From: Dehalococcoidia bacterium
GTDB lineage: Bacteria; Chloroflexota; Dehalococcoidia; Lucifugimonadales; Australimonadaceae
Length of the DNA: 64,000 bases
Direction: 5' to 3'
Assembly: GCA_965206315.1 (NCBI GenBank)
Contig: OZ242210.1
Span: 258,822-322,821, forward strand
The position numbers were made by a program, and so were the translations under genes. Below, in pieces: positions 8,601 to 18,804 of the stretch. Every line of letters begins with the position of its first letter. Positions within the stretch are counted from its first letter, which is position 1. The notes under the pieces are model-generated. The model was not told the DNA's origin. It made no database searches and saw only the letters and a program-made list of their open reading frames with translations.

Positions 8601-10016
8601 TCAGCGCTCGCCCGGGTCCCGCGCGTCAGATCTGCTTTCGTTCCCGTCGCCGAGCCGGTACATCGACGCCACGAGGTTGCCGGCCACGACGAAGGCCATG
8701 TAGGCGAAGACAGTCATCGCATGCCACGGGTAGCCCAGGTTCAACCGGTCCAGGGCCTCTTCGCGGGAGAAGCCCAACGCGGCGAAGTCGATCTCCCACG
8801 AGTTCAACAGGTTATGGTCCGGCAGGACCATCGGCAGGTCGGGAGAGACGTATACCGCGATAATGGTGAGCAGGCCCAATACCGACGAAACGATCGCTGC
8901 CGCCAGCGTGGTAGACAGCAGAAACTGCCTGTCTCTCTCGCTGGGGTTAGTGGACGGGTCCTGGACAACCAGCAATGCGATGAAGAGGACCGCTGTCGCG
9001 GGCATCAGCACCCCGAGCTGTATCCAGACCGAGGCGTTCGAGATCACGAGGACAACGGCGTACACGAAGCCCACCGGCGGCAGGGCTGTCCAGACCGACC
9101 GCTGGATGATGCTGCCTTCGCCGCCGCGGCGCGGGTGTTGCCGCTGCCACAGGAACTGGAACATCAGCCCGGCAGATGCGGCGAGCGCCAGGTTCACCAG
9201 GAGGGCGAGCAGGAAAGGCACGTAAGTGCCGACGGAGTCCCCGACCCGATAGAGGGCGTAGTGGTCCATACCCAGAGGCGCGAACTGCAACAACGGCGTG
9301 CTGAGCACAACGAACAGCGTGATCCAGAAGAACTCCCTGTTGGGGACCGTGCGGTCCGGGAGCAGGAACCCCTGGGTCACTACCAGCGCCGTCGCAAGGA
9401 CAACGTAGAACGCGGGGGTCCAGATGTTCTCCCAGTTCAGGAATGACAGGGCGTACCCGGAACCCGCGATAGCAACACCCAGTGGCAGGCACCTGAGGAA
9501 TACGAATCGCGCCCAGCCTTGCAGCAGCGGGGGCGCGGTCGCAGTTGCGGCGGTGCCACCTCCCCTGGGGTCCGTCGGTCCATGCTCCTCGCCCGGCCTC
9601 GGTTCATATCCGGGGTTCTGGCTGCTTCCGCCACTGATGGCCATGGAGGAAGCCGTCTGGAGGTCGGGCGCGAGGCCTGCCAGCAGGATCAGCCCCGCCA
9701 CTTCCGTCGGCGACAGCCCCAGGGCCATCCCAAAGACCTGCAGCCGGCGCACGGTGGGACGTGTGGCCCCGGACTCCCACCGGGAGACGGTGGCATGGCT
9801 GAACCGCTCCGCGTACTCCTCGTCTATCGACGCCATTAGCCGGAGCAGCGCTTCCTGGCTCAGGCCGCGTTGGCCGTCTTCCGCGAGGAAGGACTCTCGG
9901 TAGGCCCTCATGGCGAACCCTGCCTGGGCCGCTCTCAGCCGTTGCTCATCGACCTCGGCTGCCATCGTCAGAAACTCACCGTAGGTAGTGTTCCTGAGAG
10001 GTCCGTTCGTGGGCAT
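8601..10016 (-). CDS. membrane protein with an N-terminal XRE/Cro-type HTH domain, divergent from the giant adhesin gene
   Basis: LSQEALLRLMASIDEEYAERFSHATVSRWESGATRPTVRRLQVFGMALGLS is a Cro/C1-type HTH. It is followed by a Gly/Pro linker and about 8 hydrophobic helices. Start placed at the ATG at 10014-10016 (9965 is an alternative). The longer ORF to 10343 runs into the tandem repeat. Confidence 0.7.
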   Translation of the reverse strand: MPTNGPLRNTTYGEFLTMAAEVDEQRLRAAQAGFAMRAYRESFLAEDGQRGLSQEALLRLMASIDEEYAERFSHATVSRWESGATRPTVRRLQVFGMALGLSPTEVAGLILLAGLAPDLQTASSMAISGGSSQNPGYEPRPGEEHGPTDPRGGGTAATATAPPLLQGWARFVFLRCLPLGVAIAGSGYALSFLNWENIWTPAFYVVLATALVVTQGFLLPDRTVPNREFFWITLFVVLSTPLLQFAPLGMDHYALYRVGDSVGTYVPFLLALLVNLALAASAGLMFQFLWQRQHPRRGGEGSIIQRSVWTALPPVGFVYAVVLVISNASVWIQLGVLMPATAVLFIALLVVQDPSTNPSERDRQFLLSTTLAAAIVSSVLGLLTIIAVYVSPDLPMVLPDHNLLNSWEIDFAALGFSREEALDRLNLGYPWHAMTVFAYMAFVVAGNLVASMYRLGDGNESRSDARDPGER

Positions 10017-10049
10017 GCAGACATGGTATCGGATGCAACTTCGGCGAAC

Positions 10050-10490
10050 AGCATGTCCGGCAACTGTTGCGGAGACCCTGAACGAACGCCATGCCATGCC
10101 CGTACATCGCCTCCGCTGACCGCGCACATAACCACTCATGGACTGTGCACAACGCGCCGGGTGCAGGCGTGGGCTTGCGCACATCGCAGGAGTGGAAGAG
10201 TCCGAAACTGCGCATGTACAGACTCCCGGGAAGGCATCGGTCAGGCTGTTGCGGATTTCAGGGCGGCTAGGCCGCTCCGCTATCGCCTCGGTGTTTGCCC
10301 GGCGCAGAGACCGCTGAGTAAACGCCACGCCGTGCCCGCACACCGTATCCGCTGACCGCGCACATAGCCCCTAATGGACTGTGCGCAACGCCCCGGATGC
10401 GGGCATCGATTCCCGAACAGCGCAGGAGTGAAACAGTCCGAAACCGGGCATGTACAGACTTCCAGAGACGTAGCGGTCAGGCTGTGGGCG
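10050..10490. repeat. intergenic tandem direct repeat, about 2.2 copies of a 235-bp unit
   Basis: Unit 10072-10255 aligns with 10307-10490 (period 235). Shared blocks include ccgctgaccgcgcacata, atggactgtgc, cgcaggagtg, agtccgaaac, gcatgtacagact and cggtcaggctgt, with scattered substitutions and small indels. A partial copy lies at about 10050-10071. Confidence 0.8.
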
Positions 10491-10560
10491 TGAATGACAT
10501 CGCGCGCGGGCGGAACAGCCCCATCTGAAGCGATGTCGAAGTGCGACGAGGGAACTCCAC

Positions 10561-13500
10561 ATGCACGCTACGCGCCCGGCGCGCTTCTTTCGCCCCCTCA
10601 TGTCCACGGCAGCCCTGGCCTTCCTGGCGGCGCTTATCGTGCTGTGCGTCCCGCAGGCGCGCGCGCAGTTCGACAATACCGCCCCCTTGCTGCTGGCAGC
10701 GAACGTGGACGGAACGTCCCTGGTCCTCATCTACAACGAGCTCCTGAACGAAAGCTCCACCCCCGCAGCGAGCGACTATACGGTGGACATCGGCGGCACG
10801 GACTACACCCCGTCGAGCGTCGCAGTGCTCGGCGCCGAGGTGGCGCTCACGCTGTCGACAGGCGCCGCAAGCGGCGACACGGTGACGTTGGACTACACCG
10901 TGGGGTCAAACCCGGTGGAGGACCCGGCAGGCAACGACGCGCAGGCGTTGACCAGCTGGTCTGTGACCAACCACACGGGCGCGACCAACGACCGGCCGGA
11001 ATTCTCGAGCGAGACGATCACCCTCACTGTCGATGAGAACACGCCGTCCCTGACCGCCTTCGGGGACCCGGTCGCCGCCACGGACGATGACACGGGCGAC
11101 ACGCTGACCTACGAGCTGCACTCGACCGTCGTTCCTACATTCTTCATCGACACGAGCACCGGTCAGATTTCAGTATTCGGAAACCTGGACTTCGAGACCA
11201 CATCCACCTACGTCGCACCCATGTACGTTCGCGACAGCAAGACCCCCGCCGGAGACGCTGACAGCGCATGGGACGACAGCATCAAGGTGACCATCAGCGT
11301 CAACGACCTCAATGAAGAGCCCACCATCACCGGCGACACTGCCCCTGATGTCGATGAGAACACGACCACCGTCGGGACGTACACGGTCTCGGACCCGGAC
11401 CCGGCGGACACCCACACGTGGTCGATAGACAGCGACACCAGCGTTGAGGAGAACCAGGACGGGGCGCTGTTCCAGATCGGACCGACCTCCGGCGTACTCT
11501 CGTTCATCAACGCACCGGATTACGAGACGCCGGGCAGCGCGACCACTCCCGCCAGCAACACATACCAGGTGACGATCAAGGTCACCGACAGCGGTTCGCC
11601 CGCCATGAGCGATACATTTGACGTTGTCGTCGATGTCACCAACGTCAACGAGGCGCCGTCCATCACGAGCACGGGCTCGTCCCACACCTCCATCAGCAAG
11701 CCGGAGGGGACAGGGCCCAGTGACCCTCTCGCAACGTACGCGGCGGACGACCCGGAGGACGACACGCTGACGTGGTCGCTGAGCGGGCCTGACGAGCTGG
11801 ACTTCACCATCAACTCGTCGACAGGAGTGCTCAGGTTTCAGGCCCTCACCGACTACGAGGACCCACGGGACGCCGGCACCAACAACGTCTACAACGTGAC
11901 CGTGGAGGTGAAGGACACTGATGGCTCCGCCGTCGACGACAGCATCAACGTCGTCGTCATGATCACCAACATCGACGAGGCGGGCACGGTGACGCTGCCC
12001 AGCACGATCACGGCCGGGCAGGCGGTAACCGCGACGTTGACCGACCACGACGGTACCCCCAGCAACGTAACGTGGCAGTGGTCGAGGTCCGACACGGCAG
12101 GCGGGACGTTTACACCCATCAGCGGGGCCACCTCAAACCCCTACACGCCCGTGGCCGCGGACGTGGGCAAGTATCTGAAGGCCACGGCGTCCTACACGGA
12201 CCCCCACGGTTCGGGCAAATCGGCAACCAGCGCCGCGTCGAGCCAGGTGGCGGTGGGCAACAGGGACCCGTCGTTCAGCAGCATGACCGCCACGCGCAGC
12301 GTGCCGGAGAACAGCACGACCGGGACGAACGTCGGGGCTGAGGTGTCGGCCACGGACCTCGACAACGATACGCTGCACTACTGGTTGACGGGCACGGACG
12401 CGTCTTCCTTCGACATCGTTTCGACGAGCGGCCAGATACGGACGAAGTCGGGGATCACCTACAACTACGAGTCCAAGAGCAGCTACACCATGACCGTGAA
12501 CGTGCGCGACAACAAGGACGAGGCTGGCGACGCCAACACCGTCACCGACGACACCATCGACGTGACCATCAGCCTCTCCAACGTGGACGAGCCCGGCACG
12601 GTGACGATCATGGGCACGGAGGCGGGCGGCGAGACGCTGACGGCGTCCGTGACCGACATCGACGGTACCCCCACCAGCGTCTCGTGGCAGTGGGCACGGG
12701 GAAACTCGGCCTCAGGGCCCTTCACCAACATCACGTCGAATGGCAATTCAGCCTCCTACACGACAGTGGCCGCCGACGTGAACAAGTTCCTGCGCGCCAC
12801 GGCGTCCTACACGGACCCCCAGGGGTCGGGCAAGTCCGCCAACGCCGTCACGGGCCAGATCGGCGCCAGCAACGTCGAGCCGTCATTCAGCAGCATGACC
12901 GCAACACGCAGCGTGGCGGAGAACAGCGGGTCAGGCGTGAACGTCGGGGCTGTGGTGTCGGCGACGGGCGGCGACAGCGACCCGCTGCATTACACGTTGA
13001 GCGGTACGGACGCGTCTTCCTTCACCATCGTCTCGACCAGCGGCCAGATACGGACTACTTCAACCGGCTACAACTACGAGTCCAAGAGCAGCTACAGCGT
13101 GACCGTGAACGTGAGCGACAGCAAGGACGCCGCCGGCAATGACGACAGCAACTCTGTGGACGACAGCATCACGGTGACCATCAACCTTCTGGACGTCAAC
13201 GAACAGCCCGCGATCTCCACCCCCCAGACCGCCATTTCCGTCGCGGAGAACCAGACCTCCGTCCTCACGTACATGGCAACCGACGTGGACAACGAGAACA
13301 ACGAGGCCCACGACTCGGCCAATACGCTGACCTGGTCAGTGGAGAGCGCCGACGACGGGGGCTTCTTCGAGATCGGCTCGTCGAGCGGCGTGCTCACGTT
13401 CAAGAACGCGCCGAACTTCGAGGACAAGCAGGACGCCGGCGGCGACAACGTCTACAACGTCACGGTCACAGTCACGGACAACGGCATCGACGGCGCGCGG

Positions 13501-16500
13501 GGAGCGTCAAATCACCTCAGCATCTCCAAGTCCCTGGCAGTCACGGTCACGGACGTCAATGAGACTCCCACGCTGACCACTGCCCCCGCCACTGCCACGT
13601 TCGACGAGAACGCAACAGGGGTTGTCGCGACGTACGTGGCGACGGACCCGGACGCGACGACGGGGACGATGTCATGGGACCTGCAGGGCAACGATGCGGG
13701 GGACTTCAACATCACTTCGAACGTGAACGGAACGGCCACGCTCACGTTCAAGAGCCCGCCGGACTACGAGATGCCGGACGACACCGGCGGCAACAACGTC
13801 TACGACGTGACGGTGCGGGTGAGAGACAACGGGAGCCCCAGGCTTGAAGACACCCAAGCCGTCGCAATCACGGTCAACGACCTCAACGAGACGCCGGTGG
13901 TCGCCGGGAACGCCGGGCCAAGCTTTGCGGAGATCGAGTTCGACCACACGGCCACGGCCTCCGAGCTCGTCGTCGGCACCTACACCGCCACCGACGACGA
14001 CAACGCCGACAACGCCGGCCTCCAGACGATCACGTTCGACGTGTCCGGCACGGACGCGGCCCACTTCACCATCAACGCGAATACCGGCGTCCTCTCCTTC
14101 AGCATCGAGCCGGACTTCGAGAACCCCGCCGACCTGGCGGACTCGAACATGATGGGCGCCTCCGACAACATGTACGAGATCGTCGTGGAGGCGGATGACG
14201 GAGCAGGGCAATCGAACAGCGTCGGGACGTTCAACGTCACCGTGACCGTCACCAACATCAACGAGACGCCAGAGGTCCCGGCCGGCGTTCCTGACGAGGA
14301 CTTTGCGGAGATCGAGTGGGACGCCGATTCCGCGGACCTGGACGTGATGACCTACATCCCCCGGGACGAGGAGACAACCACCCTTACCGCCCTGTCATGG
14401 TCCCTGGCCGGCACGGACGCCGCCGACTTCCAGATCACCGAAAACTCCACAACCGGCCATGGCACGCTCAGCTTCCGGGACCGGCCCAATTTCGAGGACC
14501 CGACCGACCGCGTGAACACCGCCGAAAGCCACGCAGCCGGTGACAACATGTACCAGATCATCGTGAAGATCAGCGACGGCCCGAACACGCGCGACTACCC
14601 GCTGGCCGTGACGGTCACCAACGTCAACGAGACGCCGGGGTTCACTCAGCTTTCGACCGGTCGGCACGCGGACGAGATCGAGTACGACTCGGGGACAACG
14701 GCGTCTGATCTCTCCACCATCCCCGCCACGGTGGCGAACCAGGCCTATTGGTACCGGTTCGAAGCCCGGGACGAGGAGGGGGACGACATCATCTGGACCA
14801 TCACCGGGCCCGACGCGGCCGATTTCGTCATCGTGGAAGACCCCACCTTCGTCATGACGGCCGACGCTGACGAGAGCGCCATCGCCCGCTGGAATATCGT
14901 GCCGGACTTCGAGGACCCGATGGGTTCTTCAACCGATGTAGGAGCTAACGGATACGTGTTCACCGTGAACGCTTCCGACGGCACCAATACCGCGATGCAC
15001 GAGGTCTTCATCCGTATCTTCGACGTCAACGAGCAGCCGGAGTTCACGGGGACAGTCGAAACGGCGATAGCGCTCGACGAACACGACGCAACCCTTGACA
15101 TGGCCTTCCAGGAGCCTCCTTATGCCTTCCCCACTATCGCCACATACACCGGGCGCGACGAGGAGGGTGGGGTCACGTGGTCGCTCACGGGCACGGACGC
15201 GGGCGACTTCGAGATCGACAGCGGCGGAAACGTCGTCTTCAAGGAGACGCCCAGCTTCGAGGACCCGAAGGACTCCGGCGGGGACAACGTCTACAACTTC
15301 AACGTCGTCGCCACGGACATCCTGAGCAAGACGAACCGGCGTACCGCCACGCAGCCCGTCACCGTGACGGTGCGCGACATCGAAGAGACAGGCGTCATCA
15401 TGGTGGACAACCTGGACCCGGTCGTGGGGGACACGATCACCTTCACGTTGTCGGACCCGGATGGCGGCATCGATGTGAGTCAGACCAACATCAGCTGGAC
15501 TCTGAGGGCCAGGGAATCTGGGGTGTGGCAACCCATCACCATCGGCCCCACCGCCTCGACCACGCTGACGTACACCGTGGACGAGGACGATGCCGGGAAG
15601 CCCCTGCGGGCCGAGGTGTCCTACTTCGACCGGCGAAGCGAGGACCGCGTTTTCGCCAACCGGAAAGAGCTTACGAGCGGCGAGACCTCGTCTGTGGAAG
15701 CGGACCCCCTGCCCAACGTGAAGCCCCGGTTCCGCTCCGGGTCCAGCCAGGCGATCGACGAGGGGCCCGCCGGCAGGGTCCTCTCCGAACGCATAACGGC
15801 CACGGACCGCGATAACGACAACCTGACGTTCGGTATCCAGGCCGGGCAGGACTCCGCTCTCTTCGAGATCGACGCTTCTTCCGGACAGATCACCGCCGTC
15901 GGGGCGTTGGACTTCGAGACGGCGGGGTCGGAAGGCCTGCTGTTCTTCACCGCTACCCTGCATGACGGCAAGGGCCTGGACGCTAACGACATGGTGATCA
16001 ACGACGACTCCATCGACGTGACCACCGTTGTATCGGTGCGTGTCATAGACCTGGAGGAAGACGGCGTAGTAACCCTCTCCGCCCAGGAGCCTGATGTCGG
16101 GGTGCTGCTGACGGCCACGCTCGCCGACGGGGATGGCGGCGTCACGGGCGCCTCCTGGCAGTGGGCCTGGTCGGATGACGGGCGGACCGGCTGGACGCCC
16201 ATATCGGGAGCGACGAACCGCAGCTACACGCCGACCGAAGACGACGGGGACCGCTACCTGCGCGCCAGGGTCGAATACACGGACCGGCGCGGCGGCGGCA
16301 AGAGCGCGGAAGGGATCACGAACCCCGTTCCCACTACGAACCGGCGCCCCCTCTTCCCGGCCACGGAGAACGGCCAGCGCACAGTGGACGAGAATTCGCG
16401 GGCGGGCACGAACATCGGCGCGCCGGTGGCGGCGGAAGACCCTGAGCGAAACACACTGACGTACACGCTGACCGGCACGGACGCCGCCTCCTTCACCATC

Positions 16501-18804
16501 GTGACGAGGACAGGTCAGATACGGGTCGGGTCGGGCGTGACGCTGGACTATGAGACGAAGTCCACCTACCGCGTCACCGTGGAGGTGCACGACGGCAGGG
16601 ACGGCTCCGGCGTCACGTCGACCGCCATCGACGACACGCAGGACGTGACGATAACGGTGGAGAACCTCGAAGAGCCGGGGACCGTCACCCTCTCTTCCGA
16701 GACGGCCACCATCCAGGCAAGGGTCCCGGTGACGGCCACGCTGGAGGACGACGACGGGGTCATCGGCTCCGTCAGCTGGCAGTGGGCGCGCTCTCGCAGC
16801 AGTACGTCGGGATGGGCCAACATCGCGGGGGCGACGTCCGACACGTTCACGCCGGCGGACACCGACGTCGGCGGCTACATCCGCGCGACCGCCAGCTACA
16901 ACGACGGCGAAGACTCGGGCAAGACGGCTGTCAGGGTGTCGCCGCGCGTGGGACAGCCGCCGCCGGTGAACTCGGCCCCGGCGTTCCCGGCGACGGAGAA
17001 CGGCAGGCGGGAGATCCCGGAGGACGCCACCGGCGGCACGGCCGTTGGCGACCCCGTGGCGGCAACGGACTTCAACGACGACCCGCTGACGTACACGTTG
17101 AGCGGGGCGGACGCGGCGCTCTTCACCGTCGGCGCGAGCGATGGGCAACTGCGGGTTGCCACCGGCGCGCAACTGGACTTCGAAACCAGGCGCACCCTGC
17201 GGGTCACGGTGGAGGTCACCGACGGCGCGAACTCGCTGGGCGACCCCGACATGGACGCCATCGACGACCGGCAGAACATGATCATCACGCTGACGGATGT
17301 GAACGAAGCGCCCGTCGTTACCGGCGACGAGACGCCGTCATTCCAGGAGAACTCCAACCGGGCGGTCGCGACCTACACCGGCACGGACCCGGAGCGCGAC
17401 GTGCTCACCTGGTCGGTCAGCGACACCACCAACTTCTGGATCTCCGAGCGGGGCCAGCTCTACTTCCGCACGCCCCCCAGCTACGAGGACCGGACCTCCT
17501 ACCCGGTGACCATCACCGCCACGGACGACGACCCGGACAACCCCCTCTCCGGCTCCCTCTCCGTGACCGTAACGGTGACAGATGTTGAGGAAGAGGGCGT
17601 GGTCGCCATCACCCCGTCACGAGGCTGGGTGGACGCGAACACGCGGTTCAGCGCCAGCCTGACCGACGACGACGGCAGCATAAGCAGCGAGTCCTGGCAG
17701 TGGGCGCGGTCGCGTAGCCGCGGGGGCGGATGGACAGACATCGATGGCGCAACGTCCAGCAGCTACACGGTTGGCGCGGACGACGCCGACCAGTACCTGC
17801 GTGCGAGCGTCTCCTACGAGGACGCCCGCGGCAGCAACAAGACGGCTTCCGCCGTGCTCGCTTCGGCCATCGGCGCTACGAGGTCTGCAACGAACACTGC
17901 GCCTGAGTTCTCGGAGGACGATGACACAACGACACCGGGCCGCACGGCCACCCGCAGCGTCTCCGCGGGAACAACGGCGGGCCGTAACGTCGGCTCGCCC
18001 GTGCGGGCGACCGACACCGACCCTGGCGACGTACTCACGTATCTGCTCAGCGGCCCGGATGCCGGCACCTTCGACATCGACCCGGCCACCGGGCAGATCA
18101 AGACGAAGGACGTCCTCGAACGCGACCCGGAAGGGGACAACACCTACGAGGTCACCGTCGACGTCCACGACGGCTTCGACGCCGGCTACAACGAGTCCAC
18201 CGCCCCGGACGACACCATCGACGTGACGATAACGGTGACCGCCGCTCCCACGGTACGGCGGCCGCCACCCCCCGGCGGTTCCACCGGCGGCGGGGGCGGT
18301 GGTGGCGGAGGAGGAGGCACCTTCACCCGCGTCATCCCTCCGCCCGTGTTCAGCGAAGGGTTCCAGGCCTCGCGCAGCGTGCCCGAGAACGCGCAGCCCG
18401 GGGATGCTATCGGCGATCCGGTATCGGCGCGAGACAACCAGGGTGAGGCGGTGACGTACAGCCTGTCGGGCGCCGACGCCGCCCTGTTCACCATCGATGC
18501 GCAGACCGGACAGATCAGCATCGCCGAGGAAGCGGTCTTCGACTTCGAGGGCGAGCAGAACACGTACGAGGTCACCGTGGTGGCGCAGAACGCCAGCGGC
18601 GCGTCGGCCAGCATACGGGTCGTCATCCGCATCACCGACGTGGCCTTGGCGGGCGTCGCCAACGACTACGACGCCAACGGCAACGAGCGGATCGACCTCG
18701 ACGAGGCCATCGCGGCGGTCAACGACTTCAACGCGGGCACGCTCACCCGCGAGCAGGCGACGGAGGTCGTCAAGATCTACTTCGCCGGGGGAAGCGCGTC
18801 GTGA
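10561..18804 (+). CDS. giant secreted cadherin-repeat surface protein/adhesin (2747 aa)
   Basis: Signal peptide MHATRPARFFRPLMSTAALAFLAALIVLCVPQARAQ. SwmB-like Ig domain at the N-terminus. At least 14 cadherin-type repeats ending in (V/I)x(D/N)(V/L/I)NE(x)P. Six interspersed modules carrying a W(Q)W...YTP...D(V)G(K/R)(Y/F)LRA...Y(T/N)D signature. Pro/Gly hinge PPPPGGSTGGGGGGGGGGG. C-terminal EF-hand/dockerin-like loop DYDANGNERIDLDE. Confidence 0.9.
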   Translation: MHATRPARFFRPLMSTAALAFLAALIVLCVPQARAQFDNTAPLLLAANVDGTSLVLIYNELLNESSTPAASDYTVDIGGTDYTPSSVAVLGAEVALTLSTGAASGDTVTLDYTVGSNPVEDPAGNDAQALTSWSVTNHTGATNDRPEFSSETITLTVDENTPSLTAFGDPVAATDDDTGDTLTYELHSTVVPTFFIDTSTGQISVFGNLDFETTSTYVAPMYVRDSKTPAGDADSAWDDSIKVTISVNDLNEEPTITGDTAPDVDENTTTVGTYTVSDPDPADTHTWSIDSDTSVEENQDGALFQIGPTSGVLSFINAPDYETPGSATTPASNTYQVTIKVTDSGSPAMSDTFDVVVDVTNVNEAPSITSTGSSHTSISKPEGTGPSDPLATYAADDPEDDTLTWSLSGPDELDFTINSSTGVLRFQALTDYEDPRDAGTNNVYNVTVEVKDTDGSAVDDSINVVVMITNIDEAGTVTLPSTITAGQAVTATLTDHDGTPSNVTWQWSRSDTAGGTFTPISGATSNPYTPVAADVGKYLKATASYTDPHGSGKSATSAASSQVAVGNRDPSFSSMTATRSVPENSTTGTNVGAEVSATDLDNDTLHYWLTGTDASSFDIVSTSGQIRTKSGITYNYESKSSYTMTVNVRDNKDEAGDANTVTDDTIDVTISLSNVDEPGTVTIMGTEAGGETLTASVTDIDGTPTSVSWQWARGNSASGPFTNITSNGNSASYTTVAADVNKFLRATASYTDPQGSGKSANAVTGQIGASNVEPSFSSMTATRSVAENSGSGVNVGAVVSATGGDSDPLHYTLSGTDASSFTIVSTSGQIRTTSTGYNYESKSSYSVTVNVSDSKDAAGNDDSNSVDDSITVTINLLDVNEQPAISTPQTAISVAENQTSVLTYMATDVDNENNEAHDSANTLTWSVESADDGGFFEIGSSSGVLTFKNAPNFEDKQDAGGDNVYNVTVTVTDNGIDGARGASNHLSISKSLAVTVTDVNETPTLTTAPATATFDENATGVVATYVATDPDATTGTMSWDLQGNDAGDFNITSNVNGTATLTFKSPPDYEMPDDTGGNNVYDVTVRVRDNGSPRLEDTQAVAITVNDLNETPVVAGNAGPSFAEIEFDHTATASELVVGTYTATDDDNADNAGLQTITFDVSGTDAAHFTINANTGVLSFSIEPDFENPADLADSNMMGASDNMYEIVVEADDGAGQSNSVGTFNVTVTVTNINETPEVPAGVPDEDFAEIEWDADSADLDVMTYIPRDEETTTLTALSWSLAGTDAADFQITENSTTGHGTLSFRDRPNFEDPTDRVNTAESHAAGDNMYQIIVKISDGPNTRDYPLAVTVTNVNETPGFTQLSTGRHADEIEYDSGTTASDLSTIPATVANQAYWYRFEARDEEGDDIIWTITGPDAADFVIVEDPTFVMTADADESAIARWNIVPDFEDPMGSSTDVGANGYVFTVNASDGTNTAMHEVFIRIFDVNEQPEFTGTVETAIALDEHDATLDMAFQEPPYAFPTIATYTGRDEEGGVTWSLTGTDAGDFEIDSGGNVVFKETPSFEDPKDSGGDNVYNFNVVATDILSKTNRRTATQPVTVTVRDIEETGVIMVDNLDPVVGDTITFTLSDPDGGIDVSQTNISWTLRARESGVWQPITIGPTASTTLTYTVDEDDAGKPLRAEVSYFDRRSEDRVFANRKELTSGETSSVEADPLPNVKPRFRSGSSQAIDEGPAGRVLSERITATDRDNDNLTFGIQAGQDSALFEIDASSGQITAVGALDFETAGSEGLLFFTATLHDGKGLDANDMVINDDSIDVTTVVSVRVIDLEEDGVVTLSAQEPDVGVLLTATLADGDGGVTGASWQWAWSDDGRTGWTPISGATNRSYTPTEDDGDRYLRARVEYTDRRGGGKSAEGITNPVPTTNRRPLFPATENGQRTVDENSRAGTNIGAPVAAEDPERNTLTYTLTGTDAASFTIVTRTGQIRVGSGVTLDYETKSTYRVTVEVHDGRDGSGVTSTAIDDTQDVTITVENLEEPGTVTLSSETATIQARVPVTATLEDDDGVIGSVSWQWARSRSSTSGWANIAGATSDTFTPADTDVGGYIRATASYNDGEDSGKTAVRVSPRVGQPPPVNSAPAFPATENGRREIPEDATGGTAVGDPVAATDFNDDPLTYTLSGADAALFTVGASDGQLRVATGAQLDFETRRTLRVTVEVTDGANSLGDPDMDAIDDRQNMIITLTDVNEAPVVTGDETPSFQENSNRAVATYTGTDPERDVLTWSVSDTTNFWISERGQLYFRTPPSYEDRTSYPVTITATDDDPDNPLSGSLSVTVTVTDVEEEGVVAITPSRGWVDANTRFSASLTDDDGSISSESWQWARSRSRGGGWTDIDGATSSSYTVGADDADQYLRASVSYEDARGSNKTASAVLASAIGATRSATNTAPEFSEDDDTTTPGRTATRSVSAGTTAGRNVGSPVRATDTDPGDVLTYLLSGPDAGTFDIDPATGQIKTKDVLERDPEGDNTYEVTVDVHDGFDAGYNESTAPDDTIDVTITVTAAPTVRRPPPPGGSTGGGGGGGGGGGTFTRVIPPPVFSEGFQASRSVPENAQPGDAIGDPVSARDNQGEAVTYSLSGADAALFTIDAQTGQISIAEEAVFDFEGEQNTYEVTVVAQNASGASASIRVVIRITDVALAGVANDYDANGNERIDLDEAIAAVNDFNAGTLTREQATEVVKIYFAGGSAS

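Noticed and set aside
10050-10490. CRISPR array, considered for the tandem repeats here and at 36200-36550
   Set aside because: The units are 235 bp and 111 bp with no short-repeat/unique-spacer alternation. The 111-bp repeat is in frame inside a CDS. No cas genes are present in the window.
9870-10730. ORFs 9870-10355(+), 9976-10215(-) and 10371-10730(-), and the N-terminal extension of 8601-10343, all crossing the 235-bp tandem repeat. The repeated peptide FGLFHSC(D/A)VR looked like a possible duplicated small gene or precursor peptide.
   Set aside because: The peptide similarity only mirrors the DNA repeat. Indels between the copies shift every frame, and there are no SDs. The HTH protein's recognisable domain begins only after Met at 10016. 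The region is treated as non-coding repeat.
14929-17172. 747-aa antisense ORF inside the giant adhesin gene. Similar long shadow ORFs occur at 600-2111(+), 23262-24479(-), 25216-26421(+), 31817-33736(+), 38281-39786(+), 55788-57323(-) and 59582-61654(+).
   Set aside because: Each lies opposite a gene with strong family signatures. Their translations are low-complexity and R/G/A/P-rich with no motifs. Long stop-free antisense frames are expected at this GC content.
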